Source: Octopus bimaculoides (taxonomy: Eukaryota). From it: 64,000 nucleotides of DNA. Positions within the stretch are counted from its first letter, which is position 1; each line of letters opens with the position of its first letter. Shown here piece by piece: positions 1-12,715 of this stretch. The notes under the pieces are model-generated. The model saw only the letters and a program-made list of their open reading frames with translations, had not been told where the DNA came from and did not search any database. Where the stretch lies: positions 11,150,590 through 11,214,589 of the forward strand of contig NC_069001.1 in the NCBI RefSeq assembly GCF_001194135.2, written 5' to 3'. A program made the translations under genes and the position numbers.

Positions 1-200
1 GCCGACTGGAAGAAGGAGGAGGAGGAGGAGATGGAGGAGATGGAGGAGGAGATTAAGGAGGAGGAAGAGGAAGGGGAGGGGAAGAACAGGAGGAAGAAGA
101 GGATGGAGAAGAAAAACGACAAAGAAGGACAAGAAAAAGAAGAAGGAGGAGAAGGAGAGATGACGAAGAAGAAGAAGAAGAAGAAGAAGAAGAAATTAAA
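1..200 (+). repeat. Polypurine (GGA)n/(GAA)n low-complexity tract
   Basis: Direct: GAG/GGA/GAA triplet runs; accounts for the E/K-rich ORF 31..231. Confidence 0.9.
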
Positions 201-310
201 AGCTCAGTGCCCACTTGACTTCATACTTTAAAAAAAGGGAAAAGGCGAAGGAATGAAGTAAACCTGATTCTGGTGATAATAATATCCTGATTCCGAAGAT
301 AAAGTTTCAA

Positions 311-316
311 TTTATT
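311..316 (-). promoter_or_regulatory. Candidate polyadenylation signal AATAAA for the minus-strand gene
   Basis: TTTATT on + at 311-316, about 510 nt downstream of the TAA stop of the 828-952 exon in AT-rich UTR-like sequence. The hexamer is common by chance. Confidence 0.3.
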
Positions 317-827
317 TCGAAAACAAGGAAGAGATTAGGAAAAAGAAAAGTGTGTTGAGAGGAAGATTGTTATCATTTTACTGGCAACTATCTTAACTGA
401 TGACAGTTTGTCATCATATCTTGAACATTCACAGAATTATATTCTAAATTTGTTATTGAGTGAAAAAAAATTCCCTTAAGAAATAAAAAGGCACTGCAGT
501 GAAAGAAATGTCTAAGAACTCTGCTAAAAACTCAAAGAGTACTTATTTTTTATGCGATGTTTGTGTTGTTATTACCCATAAATCGACACTATTTGAAGCG
601 GTTCATTATTACAAACAGTTCCATTAGTGAGCATTAGATTTATGCTTTTAATTCAGTCATACATAATGTGTTTCAGAAATTATTATGCAGATTTTATCGT
701 TATTTTTCTTTTTTGTTCCTTTATGAGACAGAACGGTGTGATTCCAGTGAGATTTGGTTGATATTGCTAAGAGTTCTAGTGGCCATGTAGACGCAGGTTC
801 GTAGTTCTGTACATCATTCAGTTTTGT

Positions 828-952
828 TTAGGCTTTCAATTGAAACTTCATGATTCCTATCCAGTAACAAGGAGTGACCTTGCTGACCCGATGGTGTTTG
901 CCAAGTTTACATTGAACATGTTTACATTCAACATGTGAGACGTATTCATCGT
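828..952 (-). CDS. Candidate terminal coding exon (phase 1): DEYVSHVECKHVQCKLGKHHRVSKVTPCYWIGIMKFQLKA*; product unidentified
   Basis: Acceptor tctgtatttagtttacag| at 953; 125 nt = 2 nt + 41 codons ending in TAA (830-828); non-repetitive sequence followed by UTR-like DNA. Confidence 0.55.
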
Positions 953-1396
953 CTGTAAACTAAATACAGATGTTTTTAACAGATATACAAGACTTTTGCC
1001 CTCTACTCTTTTACTCGCCACCGCATTGATACAATATCAATGTGTGTCTAAGATACTATTCCATTTCCCCATGAACAGTTTCAAAAATCTCTCTTGACAA
1101 TTACTTATGTCTGTCCGTGGGGCCACAGTCACGATCTAAATGGCGTCATACGTCAATGCTGAACCCACCAAATTGATTACTAGCTTCCATAGCTGAGCGC
1201 CTATACAGACGTTCTATCAACCAGAATTATCAGGATTTAGTAGATAACATAATTTGGAGTAAAGCATATATAAAAAGACGGTTGCTCATAATTAGAATGC
1301 CGTTTTCCGTAGCTCCACACGAACAGAACTGAACTGCGATTAACGAAATCCACAAACGTTATTGCTAATCAGGTTTAGACACGAATTTTTAAAAAA

Positions 1397-1555
1397 GGCG
1401 CAGGAGTGGCTGTGGGGTAAGCAGCTTGTATGGTTCCGGGTTCAGTCCCGCTGCGTGGCACGTTGGGCAAGTGTCTTCTACTATTGCCTCGGGCTGTTCA
1501 AAGCCTTGTGAGTAGATTTGGTAGACGGAAACTGTAAGAAGCTCATCGTGCATAT
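1397..1555 (+). mobile_element. tRNA-derived SINE family S1, 5' half ending in a (TA)n array
   Basis: Head GGCGCAGGAGTGGCTGTG.GGTAAG..GCTTG, B-box-like GGTTCAGTCC, CORE-like TTGGGCAAGTGTCTTCTAC; matches copies at 19757, 27410 and 28832. Confidence 0.85.
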
Positions 1556-1559
1556 ATAC

Positions 1560-1610
<51 letters not shown>

Positions 1611-1744
1611 CATATACATATATACACACATATATATATATACATATATGTGTGTGTGTGTGTGTTTGTGTGCCTATAAAGTAAGCTTTCGCTAACAAAG
1701 ACAAATCCACAGATTTCAATAATTCACCCAATAAAAAAAAACGC

Positions 1745-1785
<41 letters not shown>

Positions 1786-2379
1786 TCTGTAGATGAAAAT
1801 AGTGGTAAAGTTAGTAACTAACTAACTCTTTCAAAGACTGTACTTAATATGAAAATATTTTGCATTAAAGTTAGCTTTCAAAATGGACGAAAATNNNNNN
1901 NNNNNNNNNNNNNNNNNNNNNNNNNNNNNNNNNNNNNNNNNNNNNNNNNNNNNNNNNNNNNNNNNNNNNNNNNNNNNNNNNNNNNNNNNNNNNNNNNNNN
2001 NNNNNNNNNNNNNNNNNNNNNNNNNNNNNNNNNNNNNNNNNNNNNNNNNNNNNNNNNNNNNNNNNNNNNNNNNNNNNNNNNNNNNNNNNNNNNNNNNNNN
2101 NNNNNNNNNNNNNNNNNNNNNNNNNNNNNNNNNNNNNNNNNNNNNNNNNNNNNNNNNNNNNNNNNNNNNNNNNNNNNNNNNNNNNNNNNNNNNNNNNNNN
2201 NNNNNNNNNNNNNNNNNNNNNNNNNNNNNNNNNNNNNNNNNNNNNNNNNNNNNNNNNNNNNNNNNNNNNNNNNNNNNNNNNNNNNNNNNNNNNNNNNNNN
2301 NNNNNNNNNNNNNNNTATATATATGTATATATATATATATATATTAATTTCGCTAGCTACACATTAATCTCTATTGTAG

Positions 2380-2750
2380 CTGTTGTATACTATTCAAGTT
2401 GCTGAGTTATTGGAGCAGATGTGGACGAGACGTGCAATGTCCTGGTAAAGTGGGTTTCTTATCTTATCTTCTAGATAACATAACAACCTCACTACTCAAA
2501 TTTATTCATTTGATTTTTCCTAGAAATATTGACAGATATTGAAAAATATATTGCTGTAATTCATCAAATATTTCGTTGTCCCGGCAGACGACTGATAACT
2601 GTGAGACGCCGAGAAACAACGCAAGGAATTGTGCTGAAGTAGCTATTTCACTTCACGTGGTTAGCGTCTACAGACAGATATCCAATCAAAATAAAAAGGG
2701 GTCCGGTTTAGGAGTGCAAGGTCCCGGAGATTTCCCCAATATGCATTGGA
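2380..2750 (-). pseudogene. Highly decayed LINE (CR1/L2-like) reverse transcriptase fragment
   Basis: Minus-strand frames give KSPGP and, further on, NY..I....EK...RLLCYLEDK, resembling the KSPGPD...NYRPISL...YLEDN region of LINE RT; many stops and frameshifts. Confidence 0.35.
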
Positions 2751-2822
2751 AAAGAACCCTATTGAAGAGCAACCTGAACTGTGTTAGATTGTGAGTATGC
2801 ACCATTGGGTGCATACTCACAA

Positions 2823-3075
2823 TCTGAAAGAAGCCCGTCGTATATATGTATATGTATGTATATATGTGTGTGTGTTTGTGTTTCTATGTTTGTCCCCCTC
2901 CCCCCAATATCGCTTGACAACCGATGCAGGTGTGTTTACATCCCCGTAACTTAGCGGTTCGGCAAAAGATCTCGATAGAATACGTACTAGACTTACAAGT
3001 CCTGGGGTCGATTTGCTCGACTAAAGGCGATGCTCCAGTACGGCCGCAGTCAAATGACTGAAACAAGTAAAAGAG
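2823..3075 (+). mobile_element. SINE family S1, 5'-truncated copy with intact 3' tail
   Basis: CTGAAAGAAGCCCGTCG, microsatellite, then CGCTTGACAACCGATGC...GCAGTCAAATGACTGAAACAAGTAAAAGAG; matches 28960-29185. Confidence 0.85.
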
Positions 3076-4296
3076 TGTAATGAGTATTCTAATCTGACCT
3101 TCGGTTTTAAGAAAATATTCCAAGATTTTCTGGAAGATTTAACAGGATGATCGTCTAAGAGGAAGTTTTATTGTACTTCTTCACTCTGGCAATATACATA
3201 CTAGAATGTACCATGTATCAGGTTGAGTATTCCAATTTATTAGGTGATCTGGCTAGGAGATCAGTTATTTCTGTTCTGTCAACTTCTCTACACTTTGTTC
3301 CGATCAAATACTCTGAACTCAAGATAGTTCTGTAGAACTCCACTTAAGGTACTTGCGTGAGAGATGTTTAGGTCTATAAAAACAAGTCGAGCTCGACAAC
3401 ATCAGAACTTAGAACGCAAAGATCCGGAAATAACACTGCAAATCATCCAATCTGATGCTCTTCTAATAGCGTTAGTCATCACCCTTGACTGGTGAATTAT
3501 TTGTCGCTCCCGGAAGGATAACATGTAAGTTGATCATGGCGGTATTTGGATTGAAAACACAGGGAGACAGAATGGATATCACAAGGCAGTTCGTCTGATG
3601 CTGTTATACTTTTATCAATTCGTCTCTTTGGAAAACAAAAGAAAAAAATCCCCGTCCTCAAATTGACATGCAAATTATTCTGCCAAATTTGCACTAGTTA
3701 CGGTTTTCATCACCAAGTTTTTTCGCAGAAGTTTCAAGTCTCAAGGTAATTCAAGTCGAAGCCATATTGTCAATTGAAATCGAATTACAGCATTGAACTT
3801 CTATTGGAGTAGCGTGGGGGCCGGGTCGGGCGGGGGGAAACTACAGCAAAAACAAGACTAACAACAACTTGACCTGATTTATCCTAGATTCGTGACAGGG
3901 AGACCAAAATCTTCCATCGTGTCCCTTGCAACTCAATGCTTTATGAGACTCTACACATAATAAATTATTTCTCTTATTTACATGTCAACAAATAAGAAGC
4001 GTCCTACAACTATATTTAGATTCGTTAATAACTAACGCCGTAATATATCACTGGAGCTGTCATCTTGACATTAATAATAACGATCGCTTCCTAATGAATC
4101 AAATGTCTTTCCACATGACTAACATTTTACAGGTTCAGTTTCTTAAAGAACAACAAAAGAAAACAACAGCAAGAAAAAAAGCTAATAAAAAACAACAATT
4201 ATCTGATTTCTTTTAAGGGCGAAGGAACTGATATGTCATAAATAAAGTTATACTGGAATTAATATACTCGTCTCTCCCTATATCTATCTATCTATC

Positions 4297-4351
<55 letters not shown>

Positions 4352-4996
4352 TTATGNNNNNNNNNNTGTGTGTGTGTGTGTGTGTATTTATGTGTGTATA
4401 TGTATATATACATGTAAATATATATATGAATATATATGTATATATATGTATGTATATGTGCATATTTATATATAGTTATATACATATATTAGGCATACAT
4501 GTATAAATATATACATGTATGTATGTATCTATCTATCTATCTATCTATCTATCCATTGTTATGCTTGGGGACTCATTTTTTTCCAATTAAACACACGCAC
4601 TTTAAGTTTGGTCTTCACTTGAGCTTTATAATTATTTTAGTTTCTTTGTCACGCATACAAACATACTTATGTTTGTACGTGCATGTGCATGCGCGTGGTG
4701 TGTACTGTAACGACAGTATCCTACAGAGACGGTCGCAGGTTCAAATACAGAGGTTGGACTGAGCCATCTAAGTTTCTATTAATATATGACAACATCTAAA
4801 TTTCAAGAAATATGTCAATGTCTCGCATCGAAAGACAAATGTTGCCGATCTTCACACTTACGTGACTGCAAGGGGACTAATTTTGCTGATTAATTACATT
4901 TAATTATTTCATTCCTAATTAGTAAATGACAATATCTATTGGTTTTGACAGAACTTCGAACTTCAAATGACAAGGTTAAAATGCTGTAAATAATTA

Positions 4997-5160
4997 CCGT
5001 ATTTTAACGTGTATAAAAAAACCCCTAATTTTGGGGGTCTTAAATTTTGATAAAAAAAGGTTTTGTAAGGGATTATAGTACTATCCATGTATAAATAACT
5101 CCCATATATTTTTACCTAATTTTTGACAAAGAAGGGTTCCTTATACACGTTAAAATACAG
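4997..5160. mobile_element. Tc1/mariner-superfamily (pogo/Tc2-like) MITE
   Basis: 20-bp TIRs CCGTATTTTAACGTGTATAA / TTATACACGTTAAAATACAG (1 mismatch), flanked by TA on both sides. Confidence 0.8.
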
Positions 5161-5214
5161 TACAATTGTCCAGTGTTTTCTGACTACACATATTTCAAAG
5201 GCTGTGAGCCAGTA

Positions 5215-5395
5215 GAATCGTTAGCACGCCGGGGAAAATGCTAAGCGGCATTTTGTCCATATTACTTCCTGAGTTCAAACTCTACTAAGGTCGACTTTAC
5301 CTTCCAGTTTTTCGGGTTCCTTAAACGAGTACCAGCTGAGCACTGGTAATCAACTTACGCCCTTCAAAATTATTGGCCTTGTGCCAGTAATATTG
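5215..5395 (+). mobile_element. SINE family S2 (GTTAGCACGCCGGG head), monomer
   Basis: GAATCGTTAGCACGCCGGG..AAATGCT.AGCGGCATTT...TGAGTTCAAA...GGTCGACTTT...GGCCTTGTGCC; related copies at 16725, 33870-34220, 36880-37020 and 58611. Confidence 0.75.
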
Positions 5396-5769
5396 GCGGG
5401 CGTAAGTGTACTATTTATTTCTCACATTGGCAATCTCGGCCACACATATAAATGATATTATTTTTATTTTCATACATAAATTATAGATCTTCATAACAGT
5501 GATTCATTATGTCAAAGATTCCATTCACGTATTAGATTTCCTTATACTCAGAACGTAATGACGGACGAAAATACCGCAAAGAACATTGTCCGGCGTGGAA
5601 ACAATTCTTCCAGCTGGATTCCTTTGAAATAAGTATTGTCTGACAAACACATTGGACAGATGCAATTATTTTACAGCATATACTATTAAGGTTGAAAGGG
5701 CAGCATCCGAACTTGCTTCGTTAAGTACATTTTTAGAGCCGGTCTTTAGTTCTCCTCTTACATCACCAT

Positions 5770-6520
5770 GAAGTGGATGCCACGTATTCCATGAAATACA
5801 TGTTTCTTGGGCTTCAAAGTTTTAGGTTTTCAACATCAGACCGCCTTACATAACTCATTGAGCCGGGGTTGATCAGGTTCCACTTTGCAACGAAATAGTA
5901 GCAAACCAGCGATCTAATCTTTTTACCCACAAGCCACTTGGAGTCATGTTCTACAGCCTCAGGTAATGAAATTTATGGCCCCTTCTCTTTTCTGCACCAG
6001 TAAATCCAAGCCCGGTTAGAGCTAGGCAGAATGAACGCCAAACGAAACGCGGCAGCCCACAAGCTTTGCCGCGGGACACATCATTACTGATGTTCCTTGG
6101 GTCCCAAAGGGATGTCAGGTTTAAACACCAGATCTTCTCGTTCTGTCCACCCAGTCGAGGTAGAACAATTTTCAGCTTGCAACCAAACAGCACAAGGCCC
6201 CTGATCTACCCTCTTTATCCCAAGCCAACTAGGACCGTTTTTTACAGCTGCAGCAATGAAATTTATGGTCCTCTCCTTTGCTGCATCAGTAAAGGCAAGC
6301 CAGGTAAGAGCTAGGCAGAATGAACGCTCCACAAAATACGACAGATCCTTTCTGTTGCCTCACAACGAACCTGCCTGTACTGCTTTCTGTGCTTTTCTAC
6401 CAGTTCCCGGTATTTGGTAAGCTTCCTATCATGACGGTACTCCATGTATTGTTCCCAGAGCAGAGTCAACTCCAACATAATCACATGTTTGGTAGAACTG
6501 CAAATCACTCAAACTAATTT
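5770..6520 (-). mobile_element. Two head-to-tail 3' fragments of a HERO-like non-LTR retrotransposon (restriction-like endonuclease domain)
   Basis: Minus translation KHVIMLELTLLWEQYMEYRHDRKLTKYRELVEKHRKQ...VRCE and LGIKR match the REL C-terminus (ELTVPWEE..EEAHERK..KY..L, WLWLKR); the last ~290 bp occurs twice (5770-6060 and 6065-6340). Confidence 0.75.
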
Positions 6521-6648
6521 TTTTTTTCTTTAGTTCTATCTTAAAATTGCACAGAGGGGAAACAGTTCCTCGTATGCGATGACCTACAGTTAATGCTTTC
6601 AAAAGATCTCAACTGGTTTCGAAAGGGAAAAGAATTTAGGAGGAGAGA

Positions 6649-6683
<35 letters not shown>

Positions 6684-6770
6684 ATGTCAACCAGGTACCA
6701 AAAGAATATTAGAGGCGCAATGAAACTACGCAAAATCACTGGCATAGAGACATTGAACCTCATCATACAT

Positions 6771-6835
<65 letters not shown>

Positions 6836-7209
6836 ATATATATATACACACACACATACGTACATGCAAACATATATATATATATATATACATACATACA
6901 TATGCACACACACACGTATATATATATGCATGTATGTATATATATACATATATATATATATATATACTTACACTATTATGGAACCGCACATGTGTATTTA
7001 AAGAAAGAATTAGTTTTAATTATTAGGTATTATAGAGTTTCTTTGTAATGGTTCGCTATGTATAGTGATGGATATCGGTTAATAACGATGTAGATATATG
7101 CATATATGGAAACGCAAGAATGCACACACAGACACACAGGTACAGAGACACAGGACACACACATACATATATAGAGAAAGAGAGGAAGCACAGAAGAAAA
7201 ATGGCATGC

Positions 7210-7251
<42 letters not shown>

Positions 7252-7341
7252 TTCTATTAACAGTAACCTTGGGTGTATATATATATAAACAGTAAGCTTT
7301 TATGTATGTACATATGTATACTATATACATATGTATGTATG

Positions 7342-7374
<33 letters not shown>

Positions 7375-7810
7375 TTATATATATAAATATATATTGATAT
7401 AAGGATCAATAAAGAGACGATACAATGTAGAATATGAGAAAAATCTGAAATATAGAGAGAAAGGTAAAAGAGAAAAGCAGAGAACGGGTTGAGTGTGTTT
7501 AATCGAACTCATTAGCATCAATTTACTAACATTATTATGCAACACTGAGACGCTAAATATCCGAACAACAAACAAGCTAACTGCCAAAAGCACTGAACTA
7601 TACATGAAAAGATACTGGAATGGAAAACATTAATTAGATGAAGTATTCAATTTTGAAATTTAATAATAAACTTTCTTAACGCTTTTTTCTTTCTTATTTT
7701 TCTTTTTTTTTTTTTGCTATGTTTATTGATTCATTCTAAATGAGGAATTAATGTAGATATACGTTGTTTCTAGTCCATTAGGAAGTAAATATAATTAATC
7801 ATGTATGCAT

Positions 7811-7845
<35 letters not shown>

Positions 7846-8100
7846 NNNNNNNNNNNNNNNNNNNNNNNNNNNNNNNNNNNNNNNNNNNNNNNNNNNNNNN
7901 NNNNNNNNNNNNNNNNNNNNNNNNNNNNNNNNNNNNNNNNNNNNNNNNNNNNNNNNNNNNNNNNNNNNNNNNNNNNNNNNNNNNNNNNNNNNNNNNNNNN
8001 NNNNNNNNNNNNNNNNNNNNNNNNNNNNNNNNNNNNNNNNNNNNNNNNNNNNNNNNNNNNNNNNNNNNNNNNNNNNNNNNNNNNNNNNNNNNNNNNNNNN

Positions 8101-8138
<38 letters not shown>

Positions 8139-8778
8139 TCGTTGCTATTATGTTAAACCGAAGTATGGCCAAATTTGGTCAAATGCGATTTTTTCAATAT
8201 TTCTTTTTGCTTACATTAGCCGCTTCACCTGGTCAAACTCTCGTATCTCCAGTTGCTTTAGATGCCAAGATATAAAAAATTGTCAAAGTGTAGTACAACG
8301 GTTCTCCTGTGGAATGGTGAAACTATTGTTTCGATTTCTGAAAAAGCAACGTTTTGGACTTACGACACTTTTGCATAGTAGCAACGATCCATATATATGC
8401 ACGTGTGTACATATATATTTTCAGTTTTTCCATGTAAAAGTCCACGGCCATGCTATAGCAAAGTTTATGAGTGATTGTTAGTTATTTCATATCCGCTGCC
8501 CTTTCTCCACGTTTCGATTTAGCGAATGAAGAAGCTGGACAATGACTCACTCGGTTGTCTCGCGTGCTACGATATAGTATCATCTGGTATCTCAGGTAAA
8601 GATCTTGCAAAGTGTTTCTTGTTTTCTACCAAACGCCACCTTGTAGATCAGTGACATTTTCTGTCATCATGATGACGAAGGATTTGGAGAGGGCATTGAT
8701 CAGTAACCTGTTACGTTACTGTGTACTCTAGATGGAGGGTGTGGCACTACGCTCTGCCGTCCCGTTAGAGAGTTATAC

Positions 8779-8884
8779 CTTTCATTTCAATCTCAAATGT
8801 GTTAGTCACTCTAGAAAGCATGCATCCATCAAATTGTTCTGCTTTTTTGAAGGCCTTGCAACGATGATTATCCTTTGCACTTCG
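8779..8884 (-). CDS. Weak candidate internal exon (phase 0 to 1): RSAKDNHRCKAFKKAEQFDGCMLSRVTNTFEIEMK
   Basis: Open 106-nt frame between cttcgctttcttaag| and AAG|gtataa; frame-compatible with exon 828-952. Both splice sites are weak, and flanking sequence (EIPDD) may be a decayed LINE C-terminus. Confidence 0.25.
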
Positions 8885-9205
8885 CTTAAGAAAGCGAAGG
8901 GTTTACCTAGTCTACCTGTGTGAGTTTATGGGGACTCCTTCCCTTCTCTGTTGAATTGCACAATCACTCTATTAACTGTAGAAAGAGGGATCTCAACGTT
9001 TTCTGCGATTTTACGCTAAGTTCACCTTTAAATTGACCTACATACGACCTCTTTGAAATTCGGACAGTTACAAGGCTTCTTTTGTACGTGGCATGATTAA
9101 ACAGTCACACAAACACACGAACATACACATAGATACATATATATACATACATACATATATATATATATGTCTGTATGTGTGTGTGCCTGTGTGTGTTTGT
9201 GTGTG

Positions 9206-9310
9206 GAAGAGCGTAGGCTCGAAACGTTAAAGACATTTTCACTTCCCGAGCGTTAAACTAATACATCTGTTTGTTGTCTACACCACTTGTCTTTGTCTTT
9301 ATCACCTGTC
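9206..9310 (+). mobile_element. Penelope-type repeat family B with 5'-truncated hammerhead motif
   Basis: GAA GAGC GTAG GCTC GAAA CGTT AAAGA followed by the family-B tail (CCCGAGCGTTAAACTAATACATC...TACACCAC); the 5' core is replaced by (TG)n. Confidence 0.6.
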
Positions 9311-9349
9311 TTCGTGCAAATATATGCACACACATACATAGCGACATTG

Positions 9350-9389
<40 letters not shown>

Positions 9390-9759
9390 CATACAAGTCT
9401 GCTTATCCATGAATATATGTGCACATACACAAATGTTTACATAAATCGATTCTTCCCTCATTAAGTACTTGCGTATACTAACATCAACACGTATGTGTGT
9501 GTGTGGAGATAGAGAGATAGAGAGAGAAAGAGAGAGAGAGAAATAAAGAGAGAGAGAAAGAGATAAAGAGAGAGGGAACGACATGTATATATATTGATAA
9601 ATAGATACATACAAACTGAAATTGCAAAATAATTAAATATTTTATAATTGAAGAAGCGATAACATTTTGCTCGTTTTCATTTTGAGATATTCTTATGCGA
9701 CCAACGTCACTCGTGTCGCTGATAACGACGACGACGACGACGATTTTGATATAACTGTA

Positions 9760-10620
9760 CTGCTAGTGGCAGTATTTGTGGTGGTGGTGGCGGTGGCGGT
9801 GGTGGTGGTGGTGATGATGATGGTGGTTGTGGTGGTTGTGGTGGTAGAGTTGGTGATGGTGGTGATAANNNNNNNNNNNNNNNNNNNNNNNNNNNNNNNN
9901 NNNNNNNNNNNNNNNNNNNNNNNNNNNNNNNNNNNNNNNNNNNNNNNNNNNNNNNNNNNNNNNNNNNNNNNNNNNNNNNNNNNNNNNNNNNNNNNNNNNN
10001 NNNNNNNNNNNNNNNNNNNNNNNNNNNNNNNNNNNNNNNNNNNNNNNNNNNNNNNNNNNNNNNNNNNNNNNNNNNNNNNNNNNNNNNNNNNNNNNNNNNN
10101 NNNNNNNNNNNNNNNNNNNNNNNNNNGGGGTGGGGTGATGGTGGTGGGGGTGATGGCGTGGAGGTAGTGGTGGTGGTGGTGAGGGTGATGGTGATGATGA
10201 TAATGGTGGTGATAATGATGATGGCGGTTGTGGTGGAGGTGGTGGTTGTGGTGATGGTGGTGGTGGTGATGATGGTGGTGGTGGTGATGATGATGGCGGT
10301 TGTGGTGATAATGATGATGGTGGTTGTGGGGATGGGGGTGATGGTGGTGGAGGTAGTGGTGGTGGTGGTGTGATGGTGATATTGATGGCGGTGTTTATGA
10401 TGATGAGGATGACGATAATGGTGGTGGTGCTGATGGTGGTGGTGGTTGTGGTGACGATGATGATGATGATGGTGATGGTGGTGGTGCTGATGGTTGTGGT
10501 GAAGGCAGTGGTGGTGGTGGTGATGATGATGAACATGATTACAATGGTAGTGATGGTGATTATTGTGATGATGATGATGATGATGGTGTTAGTGATGATG
10601 ATGGTCGTGATGACGATATT
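9760..10620. repeat. Degenerate (GGT)n/(GAT)n trinucleotide array, interrupted by a gap
   Basis: Direct; accounts for the poly-V/M and poly-P/T/H ORFs. Confidence 0.95.
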
Positions 10621-10647
10621 GGTGTTGAGACATCAGCGTGTTCTTAC

Positions 10648-10705
10648 TCCTGTTCGTTGATGTTGTTCGTTTCGCTGTTATTGTTACATCACTTCACCCT
10701 TTAAC
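10648..10705 (-). CDS. Candidate exon; in one gene model it supplies the C-terminus (W)LKGEVM* (stop at 10686-10684)
   Basis: Strong acceptor ttttatttctcgcag| and downstream donor |gtaaga; all three frames stop within 22 nt, so it can only be terminal or non-coding. Confidence 0.35.
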
Positions 10706-10997
10706 CTGCGAGAAATAAAACTACTACAAATGCGAAGCCACTGTTACAACAACAACAACAACAGCATCAGCAGTAGTAGTCGCAGTAGCAGCAGTCTGTA
10801 TCATAACAACAACAACAACAACAGCAACAAAAACAGCACCTTTTACACCAAATACACTAAACAGTAACAACAACAAGAACAAATAAACGATGAACTAAGT
10901 AGTAAAGAAAGCAGGAAATTACCAGAAGCCTAACCAAATAAACCAATCCGAAGAGGACTAACAACAATTACAACAACATCTACGGCAACAACAATAG

Positions 10998-11056
<59 letters not shown>

Positions 11057-11569
11057 ACAGCAACAAAAACTCGCCAACACTCTCGACAAAAGCAACAATC
11101 ATTGAAACATCAACAACACTAACATGACGAAGAAAAAGAAATAATTATATTTAAAAAAAAAATTATCAAAAAAACTCCCAATAAAATATCCATCATAATG
11201 AACAAAAGAAAAAAATATTACATTATTATTATTATTATTATTATATTATTATTTTTTGTTTTTTCAAAATATGTCCATATGAGTTGTTAAGTTAAAATTG
11301 ACAGTAATTAAATGAAAACTATAATATATATCAACTTCTGGCGTACTAGAAAATAGCTTCATTTGCTTACAAATTCTATAGATTTTTATTATTTTCCACT
11401 TTATATGATGCTGCTGTTGTTGTTGTTAGCGTTGGTATTGGGGTTCGCCATGGTGCTTCATCTCGATTTGGTTCTCTTGTTATGTTACGTATATAGCTTT
11501 TATTTTTTTTCTTCATTACATTATGGTCCTCTTTTTGTTTATTTAAATAACATTTATTCTATCTTATTA

Positions 11570-12030
11570 TAATTATTATTATTTTGATTATTATTATCAT
11601 TATTATTATTATTTTGATTATTATCATCATTATTATTATTATTATTATCATTAATATTATTATTTTTTATTATTATTATTATTTTGATTATTATTATTAT
11701 TATTATTATTATTTTGATTATTATTATCATTATTATTATTTTGATTATTATTATCATTATGGTTATTATTTTGATTATTAATATTATTATTAATATTATT
11801 AATATTATTTTGATTATTATTATCATTATGGTTATTATTTTGATTATTATTATTATTATTTTGATTATTATTATCATTATGGTTATTATTTTGATTATTA
11901 TTATTATTAATATTATTATTATTTTGATTATTATTATCATTATTATCATTATCATTATTATTTTGATTATTATTATCATTATTATTTTGATTATTATTAT
12001 TATTTTGATTATTATTATTATTATTATTGT
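11570..12030. repeat. (ATT)n array with higher-order TTTTGATT periodicity of about 27-33 bp
   Basis: Direct; accounts for the poly-I/Y/N ORFs. Confidence 0.95.
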
Positions 12031-12355
12031 TATTATTTTGCTTTTAGCATTTGGTTTTACTTTTTAATTATCGTCGTATTCATAATGTTTCCGCTTTTCA
12101 AAATATTTGACTAGTCCTGTCGTTTTACTTTGTGACATGCAATTGAACCGACATGCAATTGTTTTCCCTGTTTGTGTTGATGGTGTGTACCTGTGTGCGT
12201 GTGTGTGTGTGTGTGAAGGTGCGTGTGTACGCGAAATGTCTGACTATGTGAGACGAACACATTACGTTCGAGTGTGTGAGAGCCTGTGTGTGCGTATGCG
12301 TAGACGCACACGATCACATATGTATAATTGTATGTTTATATACGTACATGCATGC

Positions 12356-12456
<101 letters not shown>

Positions 12457-12647
12457 AACGACTCTGAAATTAATTCGCTCCCTAACGGCAGATTGGTGAA
12501 GCAGTTTGAGTTGATAGAATACAAAAATGAAACTGGAAAAATTCATTAATAAAATAAAATATGGACAAGCAGTTTTTAAAAATCAATTTGAATAACTGTA
12601 TTTCCATGGATGCCAAAAGAAAACATAATTAATAAGGTTTACAAACT

Positions 12648-12715
12648 GAGCACCGTAGTGTATGCAGTAGCACTGCAGCATTGCAAATCAGAGCGCTAGT
12701 TTCGAATCCCGTTCA
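12648..12715 (+). mobile_element. tRNA-derived SINE head or tRNA pseudogene
   Basis: A-box-like GTAGTGTATGCAGTAGCACT and B-box-like TTTCGAATCC at tRNA spacing; the cloverleaf stems do not close. Confidence 0.4.

Noticed and set aside
8210-8250. Short minus-strand exon candidate QLEIREFDQVKRLM with donor gtaagc
   Set aside because: Acceptor is a weak AAG and the phases (0 to 2) do not fit the neighbouring candidate exons.
9763-10536. 257-aa Pro/Thr-rich mucin- or extensin-like ORF
   Set aside because: Built entirely from a (GGT)/(GAT) array and spans an assembly gap; no splice or start context.
12648-12715. Functional tRNA gene
   Set aside because: A and B boxes are present, but acceptor and anticodon stems do not pair; treated as a SINE head or pseudogene.
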